Assembly: GCF_009914755.1 (NCBI RefSeq) | Contig: NC_060927.1 | Source of the DNA: the human T2T-CHM13v2.0 reference genome, Homo sapiens | DNA: 64,000 bases | Direction: 5' to 3' (one strand) | In this document: piece after piece, positions 1 to 13,129 of the stretch | How the letters are laid out: every line of letters starts with the position of its first letter | How positions within the stretch are numbered: the stretch's first letter is position 1 | Made by a program: the position numbers and the translations under genes | Notes under the pieces: model-generated | Seen by the model: the letters and a program-made list of their open reading frames with translations, nothing else | The model's database searches: none | Told to the model about the DNA's origin: nothing

Positions 1-3000
1 AGCCACAGGCAGTGTGAGGCCACAGGAAGGAGCTGTGTGAAGTCACAGGAAGGGAAGTGGAAAGTCACATGAAGGGGCTATGTGAAGTCACAGGGAAGGG
101 CAGTGTGGAGCCACAGGCAGTGTGAGGCCACAGGAAGGAGCTGTGTGTAGCCACAGGAAGGGGCAGTGTGAAGTCACAGGAAGGGGCAATGGGGTCACAG
201 GAAGGGGCTATGTGAAGTCAGAGAAAGGGGGGTTGTGTGAGGCCACAGGAAGAAGCAGTGTGAAGCCACAGGAAGGGGCTGTGTGAATCACAGGAAGAGG
301 CAGTGTGAAGTTACAGAAGGGGCTTTGTGAAGCCACAGGAAGGGGCATGGGAAATCACGGGAATGAGCTGTGGGAAGTCACAGGGAGGGGCAGAGGGAAG
401 TCACAGGAAGGGGCAGTGGAAAGTCACAAGAAGGAGTGTGTGAAGCCACTGAAAGGGGCAGTGTGAAGTCACAGGAAGGGGCAGTATGAGGTCACAGGAA
501 GGGGCTGTGTGAAGTCACTGGAAGGGGCAGTGAGAAGTCACAGGGAGTGGCTGTGGGAAGTCACAGGAAGAGGCAATGTGAAGCCACAGGAATGGGCAGT
601 GTGAAATCGCAGGTAGAGGCTCTGTGAATCCACAGGAAGGGGCAGTGAGAAGTCACAGAGGCAGTGTGAAGTCAAAGGAAGGGGCCGTGTGAAACCACAG
701 CAAGGGGTGCTGTGAAGTCACAGGAAGGGGCAGTGTGAGGCCACAGGAATGGGCAGTAGGAAGTTACAAGAAGGTGCAGTGGGAAGTAACAGCAAGGGGC
801 TGTGTCAAGTCACAGGAAGGGGCTGTGTGAAGCCACAGGAAGAGGCAGTGGGTAGTCACAGGAACAGGCATTGTGAAGCCACAGGGAGGGGTATTGTGAA
901 GCCAAAGAAGTGGCAGTGTGAAGCAACAGGAAGGGACAGTGGGAAGTCACAGAAAGGGGCAGTGTGAGGCCACCAGAATGTGCAGTGGGAAGTTACAGGA
1001 AGGTGCTGTGTGAAGTCACAGGAAGGGGCTGTGGGAAGTCACAGGACAGGGTAGTGTGATATCACAGGAAGGAACTGGGTAAAGCCACTGGATGGGGCTA
1101 CGTGAAGTCACAGGAAGTGGCTGTATGAACTCACACAAAGGGGCTAGGTGAGGTCAGAGGAAGTGGCAGTGTGAGTTCACAGGCAGGGGCTTTGTGAAAC
1201 CACAGGAAGGGGCAGTGGGAAGTCACAAGAAGTGGCTGTTGGAAGTCACAGGAAGAGGCAGTGTGAAGTCACAGGAAGGGTAATGTGAAGCCACAGGAAG
1301 GGGCTGTGTGAAGCCACAGAATGGGGCTTTGAAAAGCGGCAGGAAGGGGTAGTGTGAAGTCACAGGAAGAGGTGGTGTGATGCCACAGGAAGGGACTGTG
1401 TGAAGCCACAGGAAGGGGCAGTAGGAAGTCACAGGAAGGGGCTGTGTGAAGCCACAGGAAGGGGGAGTGTTAAACCACAGGAAGGCACAGTGTGAAGTCA
1501 CAGGAAGGGGCTGTGTGAAGTCACAGGTAGGGACAGGGGGTAGTCACAGGAAGGTGCTGTGTGAAGCCACAGGCAGGGTCAGTGAGAAGTCACGGGAAGA
1601 AGGAGTGTGAAGTCATGGGAAGGGGCTGTCTGAAGTCACAGGAAGAGGCAGTGGGATGTCAAAGGAAGGGATGGTGTGAAGTCAGAGGAAGAAGCTGTGT
1701 GAAGTCACAGGAAAGGCCAGTGTGAAGCCACAAGAAGGGGCAGTCTGAAGCCACAGAAGGGGCAGTGTGACGTCACAGGAAGAGGCAGTGTGAAGCCACA
1801 GGGAGGGTAGTGTGAAGCCAAAAGGAGGGGCATTGTGCAGCCACAGGAAGGGGCATTGGGAAGTCACAGGAAGTGGCTGTGGGAAGTTGCAGGAAGGGGC
1901 TGCAGGGAGTCACAGGAAGTGGCTTTGTGAAGTCGCAGTATGGGACAGTGGGAAGTCAGAATGAGTGGCTATGGGAAGTCACAAGAAGTGGCCATGTGAA
2001 GTCACAGGAAGAGACAGTATGAAGTCATAGGAAGGCGTGGTATGAAGTCACAGGCAGGGTTCTGTGTGAAGCCACAGGAAAGGGCACTTTGATATCACAG
2101 GAATGGGCAATGTGAAGTCACTGGAAGCGGTGGTGTGAAGCTACAGGAAAGGCCAATGGGAAGTCATAGGAAGGGGCTGTGTGAAGCCAAAGGAAGAGGC
2201 ACTGTGAAATCACAGGAAGAGGCTGTTTTACGCCCTGGGAATGGGCAGTGTGAAGCTACTGGAAGGGGCTTGTGTGGTCACAGGAAGTGGGAATTTGAGG
2301 TCACAGGAAGGGACTGTGTGAAGCCACAGGAAGGGACAGTGAGAAGTCACAGAAAGGGGCTGGGTGAAGTCACAGGAAGTGGCTGTGTGAAGCCACTAGG
2401 AGGGGCAGTGTGAAGCCACAGGAAGGGGCTCTGTGACATCACAGGTAGGGGCAGTGTGAAGTCACAGGAAGGGGCTGTGGGAAGTCACAGAAAGGGGCAG
2501 GGTGGTGTGAAATAACAGGGAGGGGCAGTATGACATCACAGGAAGGGGCAGTGGGAAGTCACAGGAAGGAGCAGTGCGAATTCTCAGGAAGGGGCTGTGG
2601 GAAGCCACAGGAAGGGGCTGTGTGAAGCCACTGTAAGGGGCTTGTGAGGTCACAGGAAGGGGCAGTGTGAAGTCACAGGAAGGGGCGGTGTGAAGTGATA
2701 GGAAGGGGCAGTGAGAAGTCACAGGTAGGGGCTGTGTGAAGTCACAGGATCTCTGGCTGTGTGAAGACACAGAAAGGGGCAGTGTGAAGTCACAGGAAGG
2801 GGCAGTGTGAAGCCACAGGAAGGGGCAGTGTGAAGCCATAGGAAGGTACAGTGTGAAGTCACAAGAAAGGGGCTGTGTGAGGCCACAGGAAGGGGCTGTG
2901 CAAAGTCACAGGAAGGAAAGTAGGAAGTCACAGGAAGCGGGTGTGTGAAGTCACTGAAAGGGGCTGTGTGAAGCCACAGGAAGGGGCAGTGGGAAGTCAC

Positions 3001-5413
3001 AGGTAGAGGCAGTGTGAAGCCACAGGCAGGGAGGTGCTGTGTGAGGCCACAGCAAGGGGCCATGTGTAGCCACAGAAAGGGGCAGTGTTAAGTCACAGGA
3101 AGGGGCAGGGCAGTGTGAAGTAACAGGGAGGGGCAGGGCAGTGTGAAGCCACAGGAAGAGGCTGTGTGATGCCACAGGAAGGGGCACTGTGAAGTCACAG
3201 GAAGAGGCAGTGTAAAGCCACAGGGAGGGGCAGTGTGAAGCCAAAGGAAGGGGCAGTGTAAAGCCACAGGAAGGGTCTGTGTGAAGCCACAGGAAGGGTC
3301 TGTGTGAAGCCACAGGATGGGGTTTGGGAAGTCACATGGAGGGCCAGTGTGAAGTCACAGGGAGGGGCTCTGTGAAGTCACAGAAAGGGGCTGTGTGAGG
3401 GCAGAAGTGGCAATGTGAGGTCACAGGAAGGGGCTGTGTGAAGCCCCGGGAAGGGGCATAGGAAGTCACAGGAAGTGGCTGTGTGACGTTACAGGAAGAG
3501 GCAGTGTGAAGTCATAGGAAGGGGCAGTGTGAAGTCTCAGGTAGAGGCTGTGTGAAGCCACAAGAAGGGGAAGTGTGAGGACACAGGAAGGGGCTGTGAT
3601 GACAGGGAAACAGGCTGTGTGAAGCCATAGGTAGGGGCTGTGATGACAGGGAAACAGGCTGTGTGAAGCCACAGGCAGAGGCAGTGTGAACATGCCAGAA
3701 GTGTCCCTGTGAAGACACAGGTAGAGGCTGTGTGAAGCCACAGGAAGGAGCAGTGTGACATGACAGGAAGGGCAGTGTAAAGTCACAGGAAGGGGCAATG
3801 TGAAGCCCCAGGAAGGGGCTTTGTGAAGCGTCAGGAAGGGGCTGTGTGAGGTCACAGGGAAGGGCTGTGTGAAGCCACTGGAAGGGGCTGTGAGAGTTCA
3901 CAGGAAGGGGCTGTGTGAGGTCCCAGGAAGGGGCTGTTTGAAGCCACTGGAATGGGCCATGGGAAGTCACAGGAAGGGGAAGTGGGAAGCCACAGCAAGT
4001 GGCTGAGTGAAGTCATAGGAAGCGGCAGTGGGAAGTCACAGGAAGTGGCTATGTGAAGTCACAGGAAGAGTCTGTGTGAAGCCACAGGAAGGGACGGTGG
4101 GAAGTTACAGGAAGGGGCAGTGGAATGTCACAGGAAGGGGCCATAGGCAGTCATAGGAAGGGGCTATGTGAAGCCACAGGAATGGGCAGTGGGAAGTCAC
4201 AGGAAGGTGCAGTGTAAAATCCCATGAAGGGGCTGTGTGAAGTCCCAGGAAGGGGCTGTGTGAAGTCCCAGAAAGGGGCTGTGTGATTTCACAGGAAGGG
4301 TCTGTGTGAAGCCACTGGAAGGGGCTGTTAGGTCACAGGACAGGACCATGTAAAGTCACAGGAAGTGTTGTGTGAAGCCACAGGAAGGGGCATTGTGAAG
4401 TCACATGAAGTGGCATTGTGAGGTCTCAGGAAGGGGCAGTGTGAAATCACAGATAGAGGCAGTGTGAAGTCACAGAGGCAGTGTGAAGTCACAGGAAGGG
4501 GCAGTGTTAGGTCACAGGAAGGGTAGTGTGAAGTCACAGGGAGGGATAGTGTGAAATCACATGAATTGGCAGTGTGAGGTCACAGGAAGGGGCAATGTGA
4601 AGTCACAGGTAGAGGCAGTGTGAAGTCACAGGAAGGGGCAGTGTGAAGTCATAGGAAGGGGCAGTGGGAAGTCACGGGAAGGGGCAGTGTGAAGTCATAG
4701 GAAGGGGCAGTGGGAAGTCATGGGAAGGGGCAGTGTGAAGTCATAGGAAGGGGCTGTGTGAAGTCACAAGAAAGGGCTGTGTGAGTTCACAGTAAGGGGT
4801 AGTGTGGGGTCACAGGGGCTGTGTCAAGCTACAGGAAGGGGCCCTGTGAAGCCACAGGAAGGGGCAGTAGGAAGTCACAGGAAGGGAGGAAGGGGTAGTG
4901 GGAAATCACAGGAAGGGGCAGTGTGAAGCCACAGGAAGGGGCAATGGGAAGTCACAGGGAGGGGCAGTGTGAAGTCACAGAAAAAGGCAGTGTGAAGTCA
5001 CAGGATGAGGCTGTGTGAAGTCACAAGAAGGGGCTGTGTGAAGCCACAGGAAGGGGCAGCGTGAAGCCACAGGGGGCCGTCTGAAGCCACAGGGAAGGGC
5101 AAGGAGAAGTCTCAGGGAGGGATAGTGTGAAGTCACAGGAAGAGGCTGTGGGAAGTCACAAGAAGGGACTGTGTGAAGCCACAGGAAGGGCCAGTGCGAA
5201 GCCACAGGAAGGGCCAGGGTGAAGCCACAGGAAGGTGGGAAGTCACGGGAAGAAGTAGTGTTAAGTCACAGGAAGATTCAGTGTGATGTCACAGGAAGGG
5301 CTGTGTGAAGTCACTGGAAGTGGCCGTATGAAGTCACAGGAAGGGCTGCTTGAGGTCACGGGAAGTGGCTGTATTTAGTCATATGGAAGGGCTGTGTGAA
5401 GTTACGGGAAGTT
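1..5413. repeat. Degenerate 23-bp-period minisatellite/VNTR (consensus ~GTGTGAAG[T/C]CACAGGAAGGGGC[A/T]), truncated by the window start
   Basis: Unit visibly repeated throughout (roughly 230 copies by length/23); strong purine bias on +; six-frame ORFs show a recurring 23-aa peptide (3 units = 69 nt). Confidence 0.97.
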
Positions 5414-7079
5414 GTTGAATGAGACAGCAAAAATCGCAGCAAAATCCCAGATTTCTTCCCCATGCTTAGCACCCTCCTATACTCACATCTTTATCCCGAG
5501 ACTGTGGATTCTTCCCTCATCCTTGTTTGTGAAGTGAGAAGTACATGGGCTATTGGAAAATTTAAATCTTGCCTGCCAGTAATCTGAATTTCTACCATTG
5601 TAACATTATCATATTAGCACATATGTTGTAGGATTTTGAGAGTTCCTGGCGCATGGTATGTGCTCAATAAGTGGTCATTTTTTTGGGGATCTGCTATAGT
5701 CACCTCACAAGTCAGATGTTTTCAATTTCCTGGCTGATAGTCTGGATAATTCTTGACATGGGACTGGGGCACCATCTGGTTGTGGAATAAGCGGGAGGCA
5801 TAGAACCTGCCTGTTTTAGCCATCAAGCCTTAGACTAATTTAAGGATAACAGATTATTAGTAAGCTGCTTCTGATGCTACCTCTCAAATATGCCCAGCTT
5901 GCAGTATATCAAATGGTGGAATTTTTCTCATTGATATTCTTCTATTTCTCAAAGAATAAAGGAGGACAAGAGACATAACAAAGCTGTTTTCATTTTGAAT
6001 GAAAAACATTTAACCTAAAAATATTTTTATTTTTCCTCAATTTGTCCTGATAGAAAAAGGTTGCAACCTGCCTTTGACCTCATTCAAGCCTCACTTGTGG
6101 ATAAACTGATCAGTCCTGAACAGATAAGCCCCCTTTGAGAGAAGGCCCACCCCAAGACCCAGTGCAGTCTTTTGGAATTAGGGCTGGAGCAGGGGCTTTA
6201 CGTGGCAGCTTCTTCCTGGGGTGGCACAGCAACTAGGTCAGCTAGCTCTGAAGCCAGACTGCCTGGGTTCGTGCCTTGGTGCTGCCCTTGTCAGCAGTGT
6301 GAGCCTTGGGCCTCTCTGATTCTTTATGCATTGTTTTCTTGACCTGTAAAATAAGGATGATAACAGTAGTACGTATCTCATAAGACGGGCATGAGGATTA
6401 AATTATAAGTAAGGTTTTCAAGCAGTCTCAGACATGTAGTGAATGCTGAATCAATGTTAGTTATCATTCTTTTGGTTTTCTTTCTTTTTCCTGGAATTGG
6501 CTGAGCCAGAAATTACAGGGGCAAAAGTCCGCTCTTGTCTTGAAGTTGCTGATGTGTAAGGAAAAATCAAAGCCCTCTGATGGAGCTGAGCAAGGGAGCC
6601 TGGCCTGGTGGTAGCTTTGGAGACAGGCTGCCTGTTATTCTGCCCACAGTGGAGCAAACAGCCCAGCCTCTCAGGACCCAGCATATCTGACTGGAGAGGG
6701 AGGTTGTGCCTGTTGCCTTTGCCCTAGAGGCCGGTTCAGCTCTGCCTGCCTGGGGTCTGACTTTGGGAAATCAAGGAAAGCAGGGTTGCCTGCTGAGTTC
6801 CTCCTAGGACTGGGACATGTGGTTTTAATCCAGCCCTCTGAAAAAGTCTGCTCATATATTCCCTTTCACCCCAGCCATAGTTTTGTTGTGACAAACTGCA
6901 CTTTAAGAAATGGAACAGAAACTCCAAATTCCCAAATCTTTGCCAGTTTAACTCAGAGCCTAAGTAGTGATGAATCAGGCAGGGTGGCTGTTTAGAAAGG
7001 GGCAAAGGTCGGGGAACAGAAACTAAGGGGTTGTCACACCTTTAGTGATGACTCCAGAGTTAGACCCAAATTCCGTTTT

Positions 7080-7081
<2 letters not shown>

Positions 7082-7114
<33 letters not shown>
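7082..7114. repeat. (CA)n microsatellite
   Basis: Direct reading. Confidence 0.98.
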
Positions 7115-7117
<3 letters not shown>

Positions 7118-7911
7118 CATCACATGGCTTCCCTCTACCCCTTCTCCCACCCAGAAAACTCTTAAAAAACACTTTACAAGTGCTTTGTGATTTTGTCTGT
7201 TTGGGTGGGGAGAAGAGCATGTGATCTGTCTTCTCTCCATCTTCCCTGCCCAGCATGTTATCCCATTGCCCATGGCAGTTTGGTGGAGGACCAAATTTTT
7301 GTCATCCTTTTTTGATGTCTGGTAGTTGAGGAAAGATGACTTAGCCTCTGTCTTTGCCAGCTGGTCCCTGTGCAGCCAGCCAACTGCAGTCATATTTGTA
7401 GGCAGTGGAGGTGTCAGGGTGTAGAGTGGTGCAGGGCATAGAGGCAGTCTGGGGAGTGGAGATCTAGTGCCAAACTGTCAGGCAAGATCCTGATTGGATT
7501 TCCCCAAAGAAGAGTGTTCCTTTCCCTACAGAAATGAGGAAAATCTCCTGCTGCCTATTACAGTACGAACTGTAAACTCTAAGTACGGTCCTTTCCTCCA
7601 AGCGTTCCTGTTTCTCAAGCTGTCTCTGTGCAAAGTCCATTTGTATTCAACGTTTTCAGAAAAGTCCTTCTTAAAAGACCTCCATTTGACAGAAGGCTCC
7701 CTCCATACCATCTTACTGGGGAAACTGGTTCAAGAGATAAGTCTGTGACTGGGTTGCACCATCATCCTCATCACAGCCTAAGCCCCATTTGTAGAGACAG
7801 CACTACACTCTTATTAACTGAGGGAGGGGTGCTAGGCTTCATTGCTAACCTGCCTGCCTGTTATCTGACCGAGGGCACACATTGAGCCCAAGAGATGCCA
7901 CCAAAAGGTGT

Positions 7912-8300
7912 GTATTAGTTGGGTTTTGCTGCAATAATGTTGCATAACAAATAGCCTCAGTCTCAATAGCTAACCAAAACATATGCCTATATTTTGGTAA
8001 TAGGAGTTGGGTAGGCTGGGCCTGGTGAGCATGGCTGGGTTGGCTCCAGGCTGGAGGTTGAGTTCAGGTTTGTTCCAGATGCTTCACCTGGGGCAAGCTC
8101 TTCTCACGGTGAGCACAGATTTGCAAGGAGGCAAGCCAAACCACACAAACACATTTAAAGCCTCCAGTAGGACATGGTGTATGTTATATCCACTCATATC
8201 CTGGTAGCAAAAGCAAGTCACATGGCCAAAGCCACAGAGTAGGCAGGGAAGTAGACTGCATCTGCAGTGCAACCATGGTAAGGTGGGGAACCCAGAATTG
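7912..8300 (-). mobile_element. Old MLT1-type (ERVL-MaLR) LTR remnant
   Basis: TGTATTAGTT start; 'aaagcaagtcacatggccaaagcc' motif typical of MLT1; boundaries approximate. Confidence 0.6.
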
Positions 8301-10342
8301 TAAACAAATAATGCTATTAAGGACACTGCCCTTGATGGTTAGAACTTCATGGCTGAGAGCTGCACTTCCCGGTTGAGAGCTGTTTCTACCCTTGTGGAGG
8401 CAATGGCAGGGAGTTTGGTGGTGGTTCCTGTCCCCTGCCCCGCACAGTTCCCCAGCTTCTCAGTGGGCTGGGCTCCTTCAGGCAGAACTCTCCTGGCTTC
8501 CCTTCCCACAATTGCTAGGCAGCCCCAACCCCATTCTTGTCAGAATCTGTCTTCTCCTTTAACTCCCTGACATACTTCCCTTCTGGCTCCCACCCTTTCC
8601 CTCCTCACCTTTCCACGTGATTTTAAAAGGCCAATAAATTCTTTCCTGTTCCATCCTGGTTATCTTGGGAGGCAGCTTCAGCAGACAGTGAGAACTTTCT
8701 CACTGCCCAGGTGGCTTCCTCCTGGCTGACGCTTGTGGTTTTACAATGAAAGAGCTTCTCTTTCTGTCTCTACCTTCTGTTATGCTCCCAAATATCCCCA
8801 TTTTTACTCTGACTTTACGATGAGCCAAAACCCAGGAAGAGGAGTATTTTCAGACCCCTGAAAGGTAGACTGTATCCAGAAGTGGGGACAGAAAATCCCG
8901 GATCCCACCACTCATGTAAATATACCCAACCATGTAGTGGGCCTTTTACATACTTTGACTCATTTATTTATTGTGCCAACTCCTGGAGGGAGAAGATATC
9001 TCTTTCTCCCCATTTTATAGCTGAGGAAACAGGGCAGAGAGGTTGTGTGACTTGCCTATTGTAACGCAGCTCAGAAGGGCAGAAGCAGAACTCAGAGGTG
9101 TCTTCAACAAAACCTGTGTGTCTATTTCTCTAGCTACCCCCCTGTTTTCACTGCTCCTTCTCCGCAACTGTGGGTGGATGGGACTGTTAAGCCCATGGGC
9201 ATCTTCTCTGAGGAATTAAGGAGGGGTATTGGTGAAGGGTTGAGAGGTAGGGGCTTGACAAGGAAGGAGAAAGAGAGTAGCTGTAGAACCACACAGTGAA
9301 GGTAACTCCATTTCTCTTTCCCTCCTGCCATGAACATTGCAGGGCAGAAAAGACAGGGTGTGTAATTTCGATGGTTAGAATTGAGGGGAGGAGGTGGGGC
9401 CGCCCCCCGGCATGTCTGCAATGGCAGGGTCAGTTTGGGTCTCACCAGCAAACTTTGTAGTAGATTCTGCATCATCCCCCTTATGTTTTCTCTAATGTAC
9501 TCTTTATTATTCAGCTGAATATTTCTCTTCAGATGATGTTTTTTTTCAGTCTGATCAAAGCTGCTTTTCTTTTCCCAAAGCTTTACTTGGGTGGCCCTCC
9601 CTGGGACATCTGCTCATGGCCGTTTTGAACTTTTCTCTCTGCACAACTGCACAACTGCCAACTTTCCCCAGGTTTTCTGAAGCCAAGTGAGGCTGAAAGA
9701 AGGATCAAAACAGTCTGTCTTCTTGAAACATTTGCAAAAGATGATTTATTTTACCCTGGTGGTATCCAATACTTTGAGAATACATATTAGGAATTCAACA
9801 CATTTTTCATTGTAGAAGAAAAAAAAAAAAACCAAGCCAACTTGTCCATGGCCATTTCCCCTTTCAGTGTTAGTTTAAAATGTTGGTATTCTTGCCAGCT
9901 ATATGGCCGTGGGCAAACATTGGCACTCTGGACCTTTCTGTTTTCTCAGTTGTAAAATAGGAATTATATAATTCTCATTTCTCTAGGTTGTTGTGAGGAT
10001 TAAAGGAGATAGTAACTTATATATGATGAAAGGGTAAGGGCAATGAGAAGGAGTGGGGCCCAACAACTTCCTCTCTTGGCATCTCCTCTGTAGAAATTTT
10101 TAGATTCTTTCCAAGAGCTGCATGTATTGGATGTTCAGTGCAATATTGTTTGTTATAATAAAAAGGATGAAGGATGAGTAAAGAAATCATGGCACATTTA
10201 CATTGTGAAATATTATGCAGCAGTTAAAAAGAGTAAAGCACCTCTGTATGGATAAATACGGAAAAAGCTTCAGGGCCTCTTATGTCAATCAAAGCAAGTT
10301 GTGGCATAGTCATTTCCTTTATGCTGAAAATAATTACCATGT

Positions 10343-10788
10343 GTAGTAGGCTGAAAAATTATCCCCAAATGCTGTGCATGTTATCTCATTTAGAAAAAGG
10401 ATCTTTGCAGATCTGATTTAGGATCTTGAGATGGGGAACTTACTGTGGATTACCCAGGTGGACCCTAAATGCCATCACAAATATGCATCTAAGTAAGAGG
10501 CAGAGGGAGATTTGACACAAACAAAAGAGGAGACCATGGAGGCGGAGACTGGAGTGATGTGACTACAAGACAAGGAATGCCGACAGCCACCAAAAGCTGG
10601 AAGAGGCAAGGAACAGATTCTCCCCTAGAGCCTTTGGAGGTAGCACGGCCCTGCTGACACCTTGATTTTGACCCGGTGAAACTGATGTGGAACTTCTGGC
10701 CTCCAGAACTGTGAGGGAATACATTTATGTTGTTTTAAGCCAGCAAGTCAGTGGTAATCTGTTATGGCAGCTACAGGAAACTAATATA
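10343..10788 (+). mobile_element. MLT1D-like MaLR solo LTR
   Basis: 'gctggaagaggcaaggaacagattctcccctagagcct', 'cttctggcctccagaactgtgag', 3' end 'ggaaactaatata'. Confidence 0.85.
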
Positions 10789-11374
10789 CTGTGACATATG
10801 CATATGTTATAATGCAAAGAAAAGCAACAGCCTGAGAAGATGCACACCCTAATTGCTAACTGTGGCTTCCTCTGGGGAGGAGAAGGAGATGTTCGATTTT
10901 GCCCTGATTTATTTGGTATATGGGTTTTTAACAGTGCATATCTATGCATGTAGTACCTGTGTGTTTTCTAAAATAGCAATATAGACCAAATTAAAAGCAT
11001 ATCTAATTGGGACAGAAATTTAGGATCTCACTTCAGAAAAATCATCAGATAAATGTATCTTAGGGGGTGACAAGGCATCATTTGTTTTATAGAAAAGAGG
11101 CTCAGACCTACTGAGCACTGTTAGTTGCAATGATATTGAATGCCTCTCAAGAGGGAGATTGGCTTATTTACCCACTGACTTTTGTCCCTTATTGCTTGAG
11201 GGCTGTCACCAGATGTGTTAATTTCCCCTGAGCTTCCTGGCACAGCAGGCAAGAAAGCAGGAGTGATCAGGTCCTTGAGGTGGGGACCGGCAGTACACAG
11301 GAGGATTGTCTGCTGTGGGGGCAGCTGGAGTCAATCGGGGGCCACGGGGACATAACGTGGGTGTGTTCACTATA

Positions 11375-11815
11375 TTCTCTTATTTTCTGGTTTTTTATGC
11401 TCTGGTGTCTGGTGCCTTGTGGACTTAGGGAAGGACTGCCCCTCCGAGGGTTAGCTAATTCTTAAGAAGAGAGAGTAATCAACTGGCCTGTGAGCATACC
11501 TTTCGTGTGCAAACCAACCAATTCTGAGTCTATATCACCCATCTTCTTTTATCAGCTTTCTGTCTGTCCTCTGCTCTATCACCTATAGCCCAGAGCCTGC
11601 TGAAATTATTCAATTTCAGTTAGCTTAACTTTCTTTGCTCATTCCGTACTGTGAAAACCACAGTAAAGGCTTCAGCTGCATTTGCTCTCGCAATTTGCCT
11701 GCCCATCTCAGCTCCTGTGGCCCTGTGTGGCATGCCGTACTTCCTGTTTCTAGCTGACTGTGAATATATCAAAAACTTATTTCATGGCAATTATTTTTGT
11801 GTCTCTGTGTCTTAC
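11375..11815 (+). mobile_element. ERVL-class LTR remnant (MER54/MER74-like)
   Basis: 'gactgcccctccgagggttagctaattc...aaaccaaccaattc' resembles recalled consensus; subfamily and ends uncertain. Confidence 0.45.
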
Positions 11816-12049
11816 CAAACACTGCAGGTGCAGTGTTTGCTTGAAACAAACTCTGGGTACATTTTAAAATAATGGGGCACAAAAAGCATCTGCTGTGTTG
11901 GGTAGTGGGTGGGGGTGGCTGGTTTTCCAAACAGAAAAGAGCCTTGGAGATTGGAGGAGCCCTCTTCACCAGCAGACGTGCAGTGCCACAGGCCAGGGAA
12001 CAGTGTTTCCACCTCCCTGATAACCCCTCTTATCTGACAGCTCATTTTG

Positions 12050-12760
12050 CAGAGAGCTTCTCACGTGCCAGGCACTGTGATAGTCTGGAGATGCAATTGT
12101 GAGCCCATGTCCTGCCTGCATGGATCAACCCATCCATTGAGAGACAGACATTAAATGATCAAATCCAGTACAGAGTGAAAAGGGGTGTGCTTGGGAAGGA
12201 ACAGTGTGTTATGGGAGCACACGGCGAGGACATCCAATTCATTGAGGAGTCTCAGGGGAAGGCTTCCTGGGGGAGGTGGTGTCTAAGCTGAGACCTGAGC
12301 AATGGAAACAGGAGGAGGGGTCTATTTCAGGCAGAAGGATCAACACATATAAAGGTGTGGAGACAGAGTGGGTCTGGCACTGTCCAGAATTGAAAGAAGT
12401 TTAGCGTGGCTAGAGCACTTCCGGCATTTAGGTGTTCTCTAAGGAGACTTTGAAGGATATGATCCAGTTTGTGGCAAGTGGCCTGCAGAGGAGCAGGAGT
12501 GGGAGCAAAGGGGGCTGTTGCACGTGTCCTGGTAAAGAAGAGGGTGCCTGGGCTCAGTCACAGAGGGTCTAATGAGAAACGGATTGGTTCAAGAGCTGTT
12601 TGGGAGGAAAAATTTGCAAGACTTAGATGTATGGGGCAGAGGAAAGGTGGAATGAAGGTCAGGCCCAGATTTCTGGCTTGGGTATCTGGGTGGACAGTGC
12701 TACCTTTTAGCCAGATTGGAAACAGAAGGATGGGAATCCATAGGAGAGAGGATGAGATGG
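12050..12760 (-). mobile_element. L2 fragments
   Basis: 'aggcttcctgggggaggtggtgtctaagctgagacctga', 'ccagatttctggcttggg' typical L2 motifs. Confidence 0.6.
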
Positions 12761-13129
12761 TGAATAAATTAGAAAGTGGAGAACTGCTAGGTGACCCTGT
12801 GGTCCCTCCCTCTCTCCTTCACTCTTAGAAGTCTAACTGGGATAGGTGGATCACCTCACTTCCTGGTCCATGTCACTCCAAAGGGCTTCAAGGGTGGTCT
12901 TTCCAGAAGAATGCGGCTAAGTGATCAGCCTGGAGGCTGCACTCGATTCACACAAAGCTGGTGAATAAATCTTGTGGAAGTGTGCAGCAGGAACAAAATT
13001 CTTGGAATTCTCAGGTCTGTTTGGGTGCTGTGGCTCCTGAGCACGGAAGTTGGAAAAAGGTCGTTGCTCTGAGGGCTGATTAGTCACTGCATTCGGTAAG
13101 GGCACACTCCTTTCTTCTTAAAAAAGTAC

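Noticed and set aside
749-5205. Many Cys/His/Pro-rich ORFs in the array (zinc-finger- or KRTAP-like look)
   Set aside because: Artefact of a 23-bp unit cycling through all frames; stops depend on the GTC/GCC variant; no C2H2 spacing or splice structure.
1-5413. CRISPR-like array or bacterial CRP sites (TGTGA..TCACA)
   Set aside because: No unique spacers, no cas genes, primate DNA; the dyad spacing is N2, not N6.
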